Source: Alphaproteobacteria bacterium CG_4_9_14_3_um_filter_47_13 (GTDB lineage Bacteria; Pseudomonadota; Alphaproteobacteria; Micavibrionales; Micavibrionaceae). From it: a stretch of DNA of 64,000 nt. Position numbers and translations under genes: made by a program. The notes under the pieces were generated by a model that did no database searches, had not been told where the DNA came from, and saw nothing but the letters and a program-made list of their open reading frames with translations. The stretch covers positions 38,762 to 102,761 of the forward strand of contig PFTR01000117.1 in assembly GCA_002789675.1 (NCBI GenBank). Direction: 5' to 3'. Each line of letters starts with the position of its first letter. Positions within the stretch are counted from its first letter, which is position 1. Below, piece after piece: positions 49,947 to 59,612 of the stretch.

Positions 49947-50399
49947 TTATTCCGGGGCGTTTTTGTTGAATTTGCCGAGATTGCCAAGAAGCTGCTGCAT
50001 GACCGTGACCTCATTGCCGGAGGTTGGCGTTTTGTTACGGGCATAAGGGAGATCAATGCGTTCGTTCTCAATATCCTTGATATCCTGTACAATGCCTTCA
50101 TCATTAAATGACACCATAATGATGCGTTCATCGGTTACTTTCGGATCAAAGATCCCGCGCTTTTCTGTTTCCTGACCGATATAGTACCAGACATTATCAT
50201 CAAAAGGAGCCTTTGTTGTGGGCGAACCGAGTTTGCGCAGAATGTCGGTGCGGCTGTCTTGCAGAGGCACAATTTCGCTGAGCTGGTAATCCTGTACGAT
50301 ATTGCCGCGCACGCTGTGGGTCGGTGTACAGCTGCTGCCCATGCTCGCGATGGTTAGAAAAGCAAGCGTTACAAGAAGTTTTTTATGAAAGTTTTTCAT
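49947..50399 (-). CDS. bamE: outer membrane protein assembly factor BamE
   Basis: Lipobox MGSS|C and a SmpA/OmlA-like core (ILRKLGSPTTKAPFDDNVWYYI). Confidence 0.75.
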   Translation of the reverse strand: MKNFHKKLLVTLAFLTIASMGSSCTPTHSVRGNIVQDYQLSEIVPLQDSRTDILRKLGSPTTKAPFDDNVWYYIGQETEKRGIFDPKVTDERIIMVSFNDEGIVQDIKDIENERIDLPYARNKTPTSGNEVTVMQQLLGNLGKFNKNAPE

Positions 50400-50489
50400 G
50401 GCCTCTATTATTCAAAATATGTTATATCCAGACTAGATTATATAATAGGAATGGCAATAACAATCAATCTGTCGTGAGGTTTTGTAAAC

Positions 50490-51083
50490 ATGTTTGGTTT
50501 CTTGCGGGAAAAAGCGAAAAAAAAGGCAGGGTTGACTGATCTTTATGCAAAGATTGTAGAACAGGCGCGGCTTCCGGTTTTTTATGAACAGTATGATGTG
50601 CCGGATACTGTTGACGGGCGCTTTGATCTGATTTGCCTTCACGTTTTTCTGGTGGTAGACCGCTTCTACAAAGAGGGACAGGAAGGAAAAAAAACGGCGC
50701 AGGCGCTGTTTGACTGTATGTTTATGGATATGGACCGTGTCTTGCGGGAGATGGGTGTAGGAGATCTGGGGATTCCCAAACATATCAAAAGAATGATGAA
50801 AGGTTTTAACGGCAGGGCTGTTGCCTATCGTGCGGCGATGGATTCGGAAAATGGCGCGGCGTTATTGTCGGTTCTGGAAAAAAACATCTATGGGTTTGCG
50901 CGTCCTGTTGATAAGACCAAAGTGGCGGTAATGGCTGGTTATATGCAGAACACGATCGCGATGCTGGCGGCGCAGGATATGACGCTGTTAATAAATGGAT
51001 CCATCACATTTCCCTTTCCTTCCGAGATAATGAAAGATAAAGAAAAAAATGAAAGAGACACTTTTGCCGGAATGGCCGCATAG
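50490..51083 (+). CDS. ubiquinol-cytochrome c chaperone (CBP3-like) family protein
   Basis: DGRFDLICLHVFLVVDRF block. Sits in the conserved alphaproteobacterial position between bamE and yceD. Confidence 0.6.
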   Translation: MFGFLREKAKKKAGLTDLYAKIVEQARLPVFYEQYDVPDTVDGRFDLICLHVFLVVDRFYKEGQEGKKTAQALFDCMFMDMDRVLREMGVGDLGIPKHIKRMMKGFNGRAVAYRAAMDSENGAALLSVLEKNIYGFARPVDKTKVAVMAGYMQNTIAMLAAQDMTLLINGSITFPFPSEIMKDKEKNERDTFAGMAA

Positions 51084-51645
51084 AATTGATGCAGATGATA
51101 TAAGTCTGACCCCTGTCCGCACCACCATTTCAGCTTCACCACAGGAGCGTAAGGATCTTGCGCGGCGCATGATGGTGCAGTCTATAGAGTCTCTTGAAGC
51201 AAAACTGGTTCTGAAACGTGATGCAAAACGCGGGGTCGTTCATGTTACCGGACATTTTAAAACAAGTTTGACGCAGCTTTGCGTGGTAACACTGGAGCCG
51301 CTGTTACAGAAGATTGACGGCGCTGTCGAGGGGTGGTTTGCGGATCCTGATAAAGTGGTATCAATTGCCCGTCTCCGGCACGAAAAATTAGGAAGAAAAA
51401 GAGATACAGAATTGCCGATGCTGGAGGAGGAAAATGCGCCGGAGCCTTTCCTTAACGGTCAGATTGATCTGGGAGAACTGGTCGCCCAGCATGTGTCGCT
51501 AACGATTGACCCTTATCCCCGTAAAGAGGGAATCGTTTTTGGGCAGGAACATTCGGATGTTGAAAATACGCCGGTGCCGGAGATTCGCCGAAACCCTTTC
51601 GCTGCCCTGAAAAACTGGAAAAAAGGCGAAATACAGGAAAAATAG
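51049..51645 (+). CDS. yceD: YceD/DUF177 family protein
   Basis: Immediately upstream of rpmF. Acidic DUF177-like protein (LCVVTLEP... [19 protein letters not shown]). Confidence 0.75.
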   Translation: MKETLLPEWPHRIDADDISLTPVRTTISASPQERKDLARRMMVQSIESLEAKLVLKRDAKRGVVHVTGHFKTSLTQLCVVTLEPLLQKIDGAVEGWFADPDKVVSIARLRHEKLGRKRDTELPMLEEENAPEPFLNGQIDLGELVAQHVSLTIDPYPRKEGIVFGQEHSDVENTPVPEIRRNPFAALKNWKKGEIQEK

Positions 51646-51712
51646 AAAAAAATCTTGCACAAAGACGGGTTTTAAGCTAGAAAGCCCACTGGAACTTCAA
51701 AGGAATAAAAAA

Positions 51713-51892
51713 ATGGCTGTACCGAAGAAAAAAACCTCGAAAGCAAGACGTGATCAGCGTCGTTCGCATCACGCGCTTGAAGGCGTAAACTGGGTAGAAG
51801 ACCAGAACTCAGGCGAAGCTGTGCGCCGTCACCATGTTGATCTGAAAATCGGTATGTATAAAGGTCGTCAGGTTCTTGAAGACCGCGCCTGA
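51713..51892 (+). CDS. rpmF: 50S ribosomal protein L32
   Basis: Not in the ORF track (59 aa). My translation from ATG 51713 is [59 protein letters not shown], with GGAA upstream. Confidence 0.9.
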   Translation: MAVPKKKTSKARRDQRRSHHALEGVNWVEDQNSGEAVRRHHVDLKIGMYKGRQVLEDRA

Positions 51893-51997
51893 TTTCCGGT
51901 ATCATTCACATTGACTTTTTCTTGTCACGCTGCAAGTTTAGAAGACTTTTTCTGAACAGGCTTTACAAGGGTCGTTGCTGCGTTTATTCATTCATTC

Positions 51998-53056
51998 ATG
52001 TCAATTCATCATCAAATTATAGCACTTGACGTTATGGGCGGAGATTTCGGCCCTGAAGTTGTTATTCCTGCGGCTGCGCTGGCACTGGATGATATGAGCG
52101 GAAAGATCAGCTATATTTTCTTTGGTGACGAGAACAGGATTAAGCCTCTTCTTGGTAAGTACAAGGTTTTGGAAGGTATTTCGGAGATTCATCATACCAG
52201 CGGAATCGTTACCAATGATGAAAAACCGTCTGTTGCCATCCGGCGTAAGGATACCAGCCTTCGCCTTGCGATTGAGGCTGTGAAGGAAGGCCGTGCGCAA
52301 AGCATTGTTTCTGCAGGGAATACGGGTGCTTTGATGGCAACGGCAAAACTTGTACTGAGATGTCTTCCCGGAATAAAGCGTCCGGCTCTCGCAAGTGTTT
52401 TGCCAACAAGGCAAGGGGATACGGTTATGCTGGATTTGGGGGCTAATCTGGTATGTGATGCGCAGATGCTGGTGCAGTTTGCGGTGCTGGGCTCGGTTTA
52501 TGCACGGGTCGTCAAAGGGATTGATACTCCCCGGGTAGGAATTCTGAATGTCGGTTCGGAAGACATGAAAGGGCCGGATCTGGTACGGGAAGCGGCATCA
52601 ATTCTTACCAATATTGTATTTCCGGGGGATTATTACGGGTTTGTTGAAGGTGATGATCTGGCTGAGGGTCTGGTTGATGTTGTGGTTACAGATGGCTTTA
52701 CCGGAAATATTGCTCTGAAGGTCGCGGAAGGTGTCAGTAAATTGACAAGCCATTACATGAAAGAGGCGTTTTTGTCATCCTTACCTGCAAAAATGGGCGC
52801 TGTTCTGGCAGGATGCGCCTTGAAAAAGGTCAAAAAACGGATGGATCCGCGTTATTATAATGGGGGTATGTTTCTGGGGCTGGACGGGATTTGCGTCAAA
52901 AGTCATGGCGGGATGGATGTCTATGGAGTTTCCCGTGCTATTCTGGTTGCTGCTCATCTTGTCGAGCAGGGGTACAATAGCGAAGTTGCACACGAAATTG
53001 CTCTCGTTATGAATCAGCAATCAAACGGGATAGAGCCAGAAGGTGTTATCGCATGA
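51998..53056 (+). CDS. plsX: phosphate acyltransferase PlsX
   Basis: DVMGGDFGPEV and the TDGFTGNIALK motif. Confidence 0.95.
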   Translation: MSIHHQIIALDVMGGDFGPEVVIPAAALALDDMSGKISYIFFGDENRIKPLLGKYKVLEGISEIHHTSGIVTNDEKPSVAIRRKDTSLRLAIEAVKEGRAQSIVSAGNTGALMATAKLVLRCLPGIKRPALASVLPTRQGDTVMLDLGANLVCDAQMLVQFAVLGSVYARVVKGIDTPRVGILNVGSEDMKGPDLVREAASILTNIVFPGDYYGFVEGDDLAEGLVDVVVTDGFTGNIALKVAEGVSKLTSHYMKEAFLSSLPAKMGAVLAGCALKKVKKRMDPRYYNGGMFLGLDGICVKSHGGMDVYGVSRAILVAAHLVEQGYNSEVAHEIALVMNQQSNGIEPEGVIA

Positions 53057-54030
53057 TAATAAGATCCATTATTAAAGGCTGTGGCTCATATTTACCGGAA
53101 AAAATACTGACCAATGCCGACCTTGAAAAAATGGTTGAAACGACGGATGAGTGGATTGTTCAGCGCTCGGGTATTAAAGAGCGTCATATTGCCGCCCAAG
53201 GAGAGACCACGGCAGATATGGCCGTTGCGGCAGCGCAGGAGGCGCTTCGTCATGGTGGCATGACTCCGGAAGATATCGAAGCGGTTATTGTCTGTACATC
53301 AACGCCTGATCATACCTTTCCGTCTGTCGCCATTGAGGTGCAGGCGCGGCTCGGGATCCCCCCTTGTCCGGCGTTTGACTTGCAGGCAGTGTGTTCGGGG
53401 TTTGTATACGGGTTAAGCATCGCCGATATGTTTATCAAAACAGGACAGGCGCGGAAACTTTTATTGATTGGTGCTGAAAAATTCTCTTCGATTGTTGACT
53501 GGAATGACCGTACCACATGCGTGCTGTTTGGTGATGGTGCCGGGGCGGTTGTTGTGGAGGCGGATGAAAATGGTGAGGGAACGATAAAAGATCGCGGTAT
53601 TTTATCAACGCATCTTCGTGCGGATGGCAGATTAAAAAATATTTTATATGTTAATGGTGGACCCGCAACAACAGGCACCAGCGGTGTCATTGTGATGGAG
53701 GGAAAAGAGGTTTTCCGCCATGCTGTCAAATACATGGCAGAGATTGTTTCCGAAGTGCTTGAACATCATAAGATAACGGCTGATGATATTGACTGGCTGG
53801 TTCCGCATCAGGCCAATGTCAGAATTATTGAAGCCACAGCAAAAAAGCTGGGACTTGATATGGGAAAGGTCGTGGTGACTGTGGATAAACATGGCAATAG
53901 TTCGGCGGCGTCCATTCCCCTGGCGCTGGATGATGCCGTCAAGCAGGGACGCATCAATGCGGGCGATTTACTGCTGATCGAGGCTCTGGGCGCGGGTCTG
54001 ACGTGGGGCGCAGCGCTTGTCCGCTTTTAG
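53053..54030 (+). CDS. fabH: beta-ketoacyl-ACP synthase III
   Basis: AVCSGFVYGL (active-site Cys), HQANVRII and GNSSAASIP. Confidence 0.95.
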   Translation: MIIRSIIKGCGSYLPEKILTNADLEKMVETTDEWIVQRSGIKERHIAAQGETTADMAVAAAQEALRHGGMTPEDIEAVIVCTSTPDHTFPSVAIEVQARLGIPPCPAFDLQAVCSGFVYGLSIADMFIKTGQARKLLLIGAEKFSSIVDWNDRTTCVLFGDGAGAVVVEADENGEGTIKDRGILSTHLRADGRLKNILYVNGGPATTGTSGVIVMEGKEVFRHAVKYMAEIVSEVLEHHKITADDIDWLVPHQANVRIIEATAKKLGLDMGKVVVTVDKHGNSSAASIPLALDDAVKQGRINAGDLLLIEALGAGLTWGAALVRF

Positions 54031-54179
54031 AAATTTGCACCGTACAGGTGTTTAAGAAAATCCCGTTACTCTTTGAATTGAATCAATTTTTTCGCGTTCT
54101 GTCGTTGACGTACGGTTTCAGGGAGGGTACAATTTTATTATTCACATGTGAAAAAGCGTCCATTTTTTAAGAGGGAATT

Positions 54180-54485
54180 ATGAGTGATCATACTGTAACG
54201 AGAGCTGATCTGGCGGAAGCCGTGTATGAAGAGGTCGGACTATCACGTAACGAATCATCGGACTTGGTGGAAGCTGTTCTGGAAGAAATGATGGGGGCGC
54301 TGATTGAAGGTGACAATGTTAAAATTTCATCCTTTGGCAGTTTTTCTGTCCGGCAGAAAAGCGAGCGTATTGGCCGTAACCCGAAAACGGGTGTAGAAGT
54401 CCCCATTCTTCCCCGCAAGGTTATGGTATTTCGTGCTTCGCATGTCTTGAAAGAACTGATCAACGGTGAGACGGACTCAAAATAA
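54180..54485 (+). CDS. ihfA: integration host factor subunit alpha
   Basis: GFGSF-type arm ([25 protein letters not shown]). Confidence 0.9.
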   Translation: MSDHTVTRADLAEAVYEEVGLSRNESSDLVEAVLEEMMGALIEGDNVKISSFGSFSVRQKSERIGRNPKTGVEVPILPRKVMVFRASHVLKELINGETDSK

Positions 54486-54517
54486 AAAAATAAATAAACA
54501 GGGAAGTGATCGGGACG

Positions 54518-55036
54518 ATGGATACAGTACAAAAAGCGCAGCCTGAAAAAACAGAGATAAAAAAACCTGAAAATTCCGGCACAATCATGGCGGCAAAAAT
54601 GACAAAAAAATCAGCAACGGCATTTCGGACGATTAGCGAGGTCGCCGAAGAGCTCGAGGTGCAGCAGCATGTGCTGCGTTTCTGGGAAACAAAATTCACG
54701 CAGGTCAAGCCGCTCAAGCGCGGCGGCGGTCGCCGCTATTACCGTCCCGAGGACGTCGCTTTATTGAAAAAAATCCATCATCTTCTTTATACCGAAGGCT
54801 ATACGATTAAAGGTGTACAGAAACTGATGAAGGGGCAGGGCAAGCAGCAATTAATAGCAGAGGATGTTGCAGAGGAAAAATCGGTTGCCAATGAGTCCGC
54901 TGTAGAAAATAGACAGGTTTCCTCCCAAAAAACGGTCTCCACAACGGAAGAAGGAATGAGCGGCAAGCAACGTGCGATTTTACAGGCCATGCTTGGTGAT
55001 TTGAAAGAATTGCGGGATATGATTAAAGGGAAGTAG
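54518..55036 (+). CDS. MerR-family transcriptional regulator
   Basis: HTH region [22 protein letters not shown]. Conserved partner of ihfA in alphaproteobacteria. Start taken at ATG 54518 (the track gives GTG 54506). Confidence 0.7.
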   Translation: MDTVQKAQPEKTEIKKPENSGTIMAAKMTKKSATAFRTISEVAEELEVQQHVLRFWETKFTQVKPLKRGGGRRYYRPEDVALLKKIHHLLYTEGYTIKGVQKLMKGQGKQQLIAEDVAEEKSVANESAVENRQVSSQKTVSTTEEGMSGKQRAILQAMLGDLKELRDMIKGK

Positions 55037-55196
55037 AAAAGCCCTGCTTTTACTCTGGAAAAAAAGAGAGCTATTCCAGATAAATTATAACCACGTCACG
55101 CCTGTGATCTTTCTGGCTTTTTCCCCGATAAGAAGATATATTTGATTGTGGTATAGTTATTTCTGACTGCGTTTTCAGGGGTCTTCAAACATAATA

Positions 55197-56183
55197 ATGG
55201 ATTATTCCTCGCTTCTTTCTCTACAGATCATGGATGAATCTCTTTTGTTCTGGGGCGGGTTTCTGACCATTGTTCTGGGGCTGCTGGTCTTTGATCTGGG
55301 TGTTCTCAACCGTCGTGACCATGAAGCCGGAATAAAGGAAAGCCTGAGAACCGCGCTGCTTTATTTCATGGTGGCCTGCGGGTTCGGAGTCTGGGTCTGG
55401 ATAGCGCGGGGCGCGGATGACGGGATGGATTTTTTCACCGCCTATCTGGTGGAGCAAAGCCTGTCGCTTGATAATATTTTTGTGATGTCTCTTATCTTTT
55501 CCTATTTTGCAATTCCGCGTGTGTACCAGCATCGTGTGCTGTTCTGGGGCATTATCGGGGTGATTGTATTTCGCGGGATTATGATTGGCTTCGGGTTGGC
55601 GCTGGTGCATCATTTCGACTGGGTTCTCCTGATTTTTGCCGCGTTTCTTATTTTTACCGGTATCAAGCTGATGTTTTCACATGAAGATAATCCGGCGATT
55701 GAGGAAAACGGCCTGATCCGCCTCTTGAAAAAACATTTTCCGGTCACAACGACAATCGAGAGCAACAAGTTTCTGATCCGGGAGTTTCATACCGCCCGCG
55801 ACAGGAAGACCCTGCATATAACACCGTTATTGCTGGCTTTGATTACGATTGAATGCGCGGATATTATTTTCGCGTTTGACAGCGTTCCGGCCGTTTTTGC
55901 CATTACAACAGATTCTTTTATCGCCTATACGAGCAATATTTTCGCCATTATCGGCCTGCGCGCAATGTATTTTGTTCTGACCGCATTGATCCACCGTTTC
56001 AGCTATATGAATTATGCGCTCTCGCTCATTCTGGTGATGATCGGCCTGAAAGCCTTTTATGCGCATTTCTTTGACAAAGTGCCGTCATGGCTGTCTCTGG
56101 GGCTGACGCTTGGTATACTGGTCGGGGGCTTTATCCTGTCTTTCCTGAAAACAAAAGCGGATGAAGCAAAACAAAAGGTGTGA
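55197..56183 (+). CDS. TerC/Alx family integral membrane protein
   Basis: 328 aa polytopic protein with TerC-type blocks (YLVEQSLSLDNIFV, IECADIIFAFDSVPAV). Confidence 0.8.
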   Translation: MDYSSLLSLQIMDESLLFWGGFLTIVLGLLVFDLGVLNRRDHEAGIKESLRTALLYFMVACGFGVWVWIARGADDGMDFFTAYLVEQSLSLDNIFVMSLIFSYFAIPRVYQHRVLFWGIIGVIVFRGIMIGFGLALVHHFDWVLLIFAAFLIFTGIKLMFSHEDNPAIEENGLIRLLKKHFPVTTTIESNKFLIREFHTARDRKTLHITPLLLALITIECADIIFAFDSVPAVFAITTDSFIAYTSNIFAIIGLRAMYFVLTALIHRFSYMNYALSLILVMIGLKAFYAHFFDKVPSWLSLGLTLGILVGGFILSFLKTKADEAKQKV

Positions 56184-56235
56184 TGCCTTTTAATATTTGC
56201 ACTTCCCGTCAATATAGATTAAATATCCCCCTATA

Positions 56236-56312
56236 CGGAACGTGGCGCAGCCTGGTAGCGCACTTGCATGGGGTGCAAGGGGTCGGAGGTTCAAATCCTC
56301 TCGTTCCGACCA
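56236..56312 (+). tRNA. tRNA-Pro (anticodon GGG)
   Basis: Cloverleaf read by hand: acceptor CGGAACG/CGTTCCG, D arm GCGC-AGCCTGGTA-GCGC, anticodon arm CTTGC-ATGGGGT-GCAAG, T arm GGAGG-TTCAAAT-CCTCT, discriminator A, encoded CCA. Confidence 0.9.
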
Positions 56313-56425
56313 TATTTATAATAACGCTTGTAATAGTTGTAGGAATTTTGAAAAAACTCTTGTGCTAGAGATCTTTTTGTTTATGTTTGAACGCATTATA
56401 AAAAAATATATGTAAGGATATAAAA

Positions 56426-56836
56426 ATGAGAAAACAGTATTTATTGCTAATTGCAATCCTAATGAGTTCATTGTTTCTAGGGGGGTGCACTCAAAAAGCA
56501 TCTTGGCATGCGAATGAAGTTGAGCAAACAGAAAAACAAAATCTTACGGTAGGAGAAGTTCAGAGAAATATAAAAAAGGGCATGTCAGGCGGTGATGTTG
56601 CCGAAGTTCTTGGTTCACCTAATGTTGTATCCACTGATGAGAATGGAAATGAAGTTTGGATTTATGATCGTTTTCATACAGAGCAGGTTGCATCAGTTAG
56701 CAATGGTTTGACGTTTACTTTAAGTAATGTTGGAGGAGGGGCTGTACGTTCTTCACAATCAACTATAACAGTTATTATTAAATTTGATGGTAATCATAAA
56801 GTGCGTGACTTTGCTTATCATAAGTCAAGTTTTTAG
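56426..56836 (+). CDS. lipoprotein L1 with SmpA/OmlA (BamE-fold)-like domain
   Basis: Lipobox LFLGG|C. The core LTVGEVQRNIKKGMSGGDVAEVLGSPNVVSTDENGNEVWIYDRF resembles the BamE fold. Confidence 0.55.
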   Translation: MRKQYLLLIAILMSSLFLGGCTQKASWHANEVEQTEKQNLTVGEVQRNIKKGMSGGDVAEVLGSPNVVSTDENGNEVWIYDRFHTEQVASVSNGLTFTLSNVGGGAVRSSQSTITVIIKFDGNHKVRDFAYHKSSF

Positions 56837-57379
56837 ATGGAAAATATGATGATTAAAAATATTTTTTCAATAGCAATGCTATTTTGCGCTATGGCTATGC
56901 TGATGGGCTGTGCTCAAACTATTCCAAAAGAGGCGCTGGAGCTTTCCCAGGAATCCTTTGAGTTACGCCAACTACAAACACGTTCCTTTGATACATCTAA
57001 TGAAAAGAAGCTTCTTTCTGCGGGCGCTGGTGTGCTTCAGGATTTAGGGTTTAATATTGATGAATCAGAAATGGGTTTGGGGGTTATCGTAGGTTCTAAA
57101 GATCGTGATGCCACAGAGGCAGGTCAAGTGGCAGGAGCTGTATTTATGGCTGTAATGTTTGGAGCTAATATGGCGATTGATAAAAATCAGAAAATAATGG
57201 CTTCGTTAATTACACATCCCAGCGGTAAGCAAACCAAGCTGCGTATTACACTTCAACGCATTGTGTGGAATACGCAAGGTCAGGTTTCTAAAACTCAAAG
57301 CATTACGGAACCTGAAATATATCAGGAGTTTTTCGATAATTTATCCAAAGCTGTCTTTTTGGAAGCTAATGGGATTTAA
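56837..57379 (+). CDS. hypothetical lipoprotein L2 (paralog of L3, with a Gly/Ala-rich hydrophobic insert)
   Basis: The ATG abuts the L1 stop. Lipobox LLMG|C. Shares LRQLQTRSFDT ... LQDLGFNID ... LG.I.G.K ... PEIYQEFF..LSKAVFLEA with L3. Confidence 0.55.
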   Translation: MENMMIKNIFSIAMLFCAMAMLMGCAQTIPKEALELSQESFELRQLQTRSFDTSNEKKLLSAGAGVLQDLGFNIDESEMGLGVIVGSKDRDATEAGQVAGAVFMAVMFGANMAIDKNQKIMASLITHPSGKQTKLRITLQRIVWNTQGQVSKTQSITEPEIYQEFFDNLSKAVFLEANGI

Positions 57380-57393
57380 CAAAGGTATAAAAC

Positions 57394-57816
57394 ATGAAAA
57401 AAATTGTATGTGTGCTATTACTATTAACTGCAGTCTCACTTAGTGCGTGTCAAACGAACTCTATGAATCAAGTCATGGAGGTATCTGAATCTCAAGTTCA
57501 GATGCGGCAAATTCAAACAAGAGCGTTTGATACTACAGATTATAAAAAGACATTGCGAACGGTTATCGCAACGCTTCAGGATTTAGGGTTTGTTATTGAT
57601 AAAGCTGATGATGATTTGGGTACTATTAGTGGTACAAAACTAAATGGTTATTCTTTAAGGATGACAGTCGTTGTTCGCCCTAAAGGTAAAAAACAAACTT
57701 CTGTAAGAGCTAATGCTACCTATAATGTAACGCCTGTTTCTGATCCCCAACCGTATCAACAGTTTTTTACAGCTTTGGAAAAAGCTATGTTTTTAACAGC
57801 ACATGAGGTTGATTAA
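57394..57816 (+). CDS. hypothetical lipoprotein L3 (paralog of L2)
   Basis: Lipobox VSLSA|C. Blocks MRQIQTRAFDT ... LQDLGFVID ... LGTISGTK ... PQPYQQFFTALEKAMFLTA. Confidence 0.55.
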   Translation: MKKIVCVLLLLTAVSLSACQTNSMNQVMEVSESQVQMRQIQTRAFDTTDYKKTLRTVIATLQDLGFVIDKADDDLGTISGTKLNGYSLRMTVVVRPKGKKQTSVRANATYNVTPVSDPQPYQQFFTALEKAMFLTAHEVD

Positions 57817-57948
57817 TACTTCCTGCCTATCGTCTGTGAAAGCTGTTATTGAGATCAAAGGTTGCGCTTGAGTAATGGTGGGCTTTATTACAAAGACCAT
57901 AATATTATGATCCTGACAGTAAACCTATAAATAAAAAGGCGTGAAATT

Positions 57949-58902
57949 TTGTACCCTTCTATTGAGCCTTATGAAACCGGTTTTCTTGATGTGGGGGAGG
58001 GGCACAGGCTTTATTATGAGGTGAGTGGTAACCCTGACGGGAGGACGGCGGTGTTTTTGCATGGGGGGCCGGGGGGCGGATCTCATGCGGAGATGAGACG
58101 GCTGTTTCATCCGGAGGACTACAGGATTATTTTATTTGACCAGCGCGGCGCGGGAAAAAGCACGCCGGCGGCCTGCACGGCGCATAATTCGATTGAGGCT
58201 CTGGTTGAGGATATGGAACGGCTGCGCGGGCATCTGCGGGTGGATCAATGGCTGGTCGCGGGCGGGTCATGGGGGTCAACGCTGGCGCTTTTTTATAGTC
58301 TTCGCTATCCGGAATCTGTGCGCGCACTTGTTCTGACCGGAATTTTTCTGGCAGGGGCGCAGGAAGCGCGTTGGCTGGCGGAGGAGGGCGGGGCGAGTGA
58401 GATGATGCCGGAATGGTTCGCACCCTACCGCGATTTCATTCCGCCCGCGCACCGTAAAAACGGACTGGCGGCAGCTTATGATACCATTCTGCGTACGGGA
58501 ACGGAGGAAGAAATTCTGGAGGCGGTGCGTCTGTTTACCGTGTGGGATACGGCGCTGCTTTATTTCGATGTGCCGCAGGATAGGATAGAGGAAGTGAACA
58601 GCAATCCGCGCCTTTTTGTACCGCTGGTCAAAATTTATTTCCATTTTATGATCCATTATTTTCGAGACCAGAATAGAACTGATATTCTGGAGGGTGTTAA
58701 AAAACTCGGGCATATTCCGTGTTTCATCGTGCAGGGGCGGCATGATCTGATCTGTCCGGCACGGCAGGCTTACGATTTGCATAAGGCTTTCCCCAATAGT
58801 GAACTTCATATGCTCCACGGAACGGGTCATACGACACGCGAGCCGGATATTTCACGGAAAGTGGTGGAGATAACAAACCGGATCGTCGGCAGAACCGATT
58901 AG
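57949..58902 (+). CDS. pip: prolyl aminopeptidase (proline iminopeptidase)
   Basis: YPSIEPYETGFLDVGEGHRLYYE, HGGPGGG and nucleophile box GGSWGSTLA. TTG start. Confidence 0.9.
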   Translation: MYPSIEPYETGFLDVGEGHRLYYEVSGNPDGRTAVFLHGGPGGGSHAEMRRLFHPEDYRIILFDQRGAGKSTPAACTAHNSIEALVEDMERLRGHLRVDQWLVAGGSWGSTLALFYSLRYPESVRALVLTGIFLAGAQEARWLAEEGGASEMMPEWFAPYRDFIPPAHRKNGLAAAYDTILRTGTEEEILEAVRLFTVWDTALLYFDVPQDRIEEVNSNPRLFVPLVKIYFHFMIHYFRDQNRTDILEGVKKLGHIPCFIVQGRHDLICPARQAYDLHKAFPNSELHMLHGTGHTTREPDISRKVVEITNRIVGRTD

Positions 58903-59606
58903 GACTTTGGAAGAGGGGCAGGGATTTCCGCCGGACAACGGGCATTCTGGTCTTTTGGAGCGCCGGTTTCTATGATAATTGTAACATTATGTTTTTCTTT
59001 GATGCCGTGGCTGACTGTATCTGTTGTGGCTTTCATCAACTCATTGAAAACAGGCGTAGCAATGGTCTCCGAAGGGCTGTTGTCGATCAGCTTTCCTGCC
59101 ATATCCTGCATGGCGGTATGAATATCGGCGCGGATTGTTTTCAGGGTTGCCATGAAGTCATTTGTTCCTGTTACGCCCAATCTTGTTTCAGGGGCTATCT
59201 TTGTCGTCTTGAAGAACAGGCTCGCATTCTCTTCGGAGGAGGGAGTTGCGCCGATATCGTCAAAATTAACGGCGATGTTATAGGAAAGGCGATAAACATG
59301 CCCGTCCGTTGTGCAGCCGCGCACTGATTTCTCGAACGCAGCGGGAAGATTGATAAAGGGAGCAGCCCGGGTCGTTGTAATCCGGTCTCTTTTTTCAAGG
59401 GGAGCCGGGGGTGTATCATCGTTTGTCTCCGGAAGACCTGCTCCCGGCTTTGGAGGTTCAGGAGGCCGGATCGGACTTGGCGGCCTTACAATGGCTATGT
59501 CTGCATCGCTTGTAGCCGGGGCATCCGTGCTATGACTATAGACGGGAATAGCGGTAGCAAGGTTGAACGCCGTTACCAGACCAAGAAAGAGTGCTGCTTT
59601 TTTCAT
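58899..59606 (-). CDS. hypothetical secreted protein with Pro-rich N-terminal region
   Basis: Signal peptide MKKAALFLGLVTAFNLATA, then a PPSPIRPPEPPKPGAG stretch. Starts 6 nt after the metY stop. No family recognised. Confidence 0.45.
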   Translation of the reverse strand: MKKAALFLGLVTAFNLATAIPVYSHSTDAPATSDADIAIVRPPSPIRPPEPPKPGAGLPETNDDTPPAPLEKRDRITTTRAAPFINLPAAFEKSVRGCTTDGHVYRLSYNIAVNFDDIGATPSSEENASLFFKTTKIAPETRLGVTGTNDFMATLKTIRADIHTAMQDMAGKLIDNSPSETIATPVFNELMKATTDTVSHGIKEKHNVTIIIETGAPKDQNARCPAEIPAPLPKS

Positions 59607-59612
59607 CGTTTG

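Noticed and set aside
55037-55196. Possible yybP-ykoY (Mn) riboswitch upstream of the TerC/Alx-family gene.
   Set aside because: I could not find the conserved GGGGAGUAG or UUGACA-type loop sequences, or a convincing four-way junction, in the 160-nt leader. A covariance-model scan (Rfam RF00080) would be decisive.
56180-56368. 62-aa ORF overlapping tRNA-Pro.
   Set aside because: It is fully explained by the tRNA gene. The ORF is fortuitous.
56313-57948. Whether the lipoprotein cassette after tRNA-Pro is a bona fide genomic island.
   Set aside because: There is no integrase, no mobility gene, and no direct repeat of the tRNA 3' end at the distal border (57817..57948). I keep it as a compositionally odd cassette (see findings) but do not call it a mobile element.
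58899-58902. Convergent genes sharing overlapping stop codons: pip with the secreted ORF at 58899..58902, and gamma-CA with phaC at 62726..62729 (TTAA).
   Set aside because: Real but trivial compaction. No functional implication can be supported.
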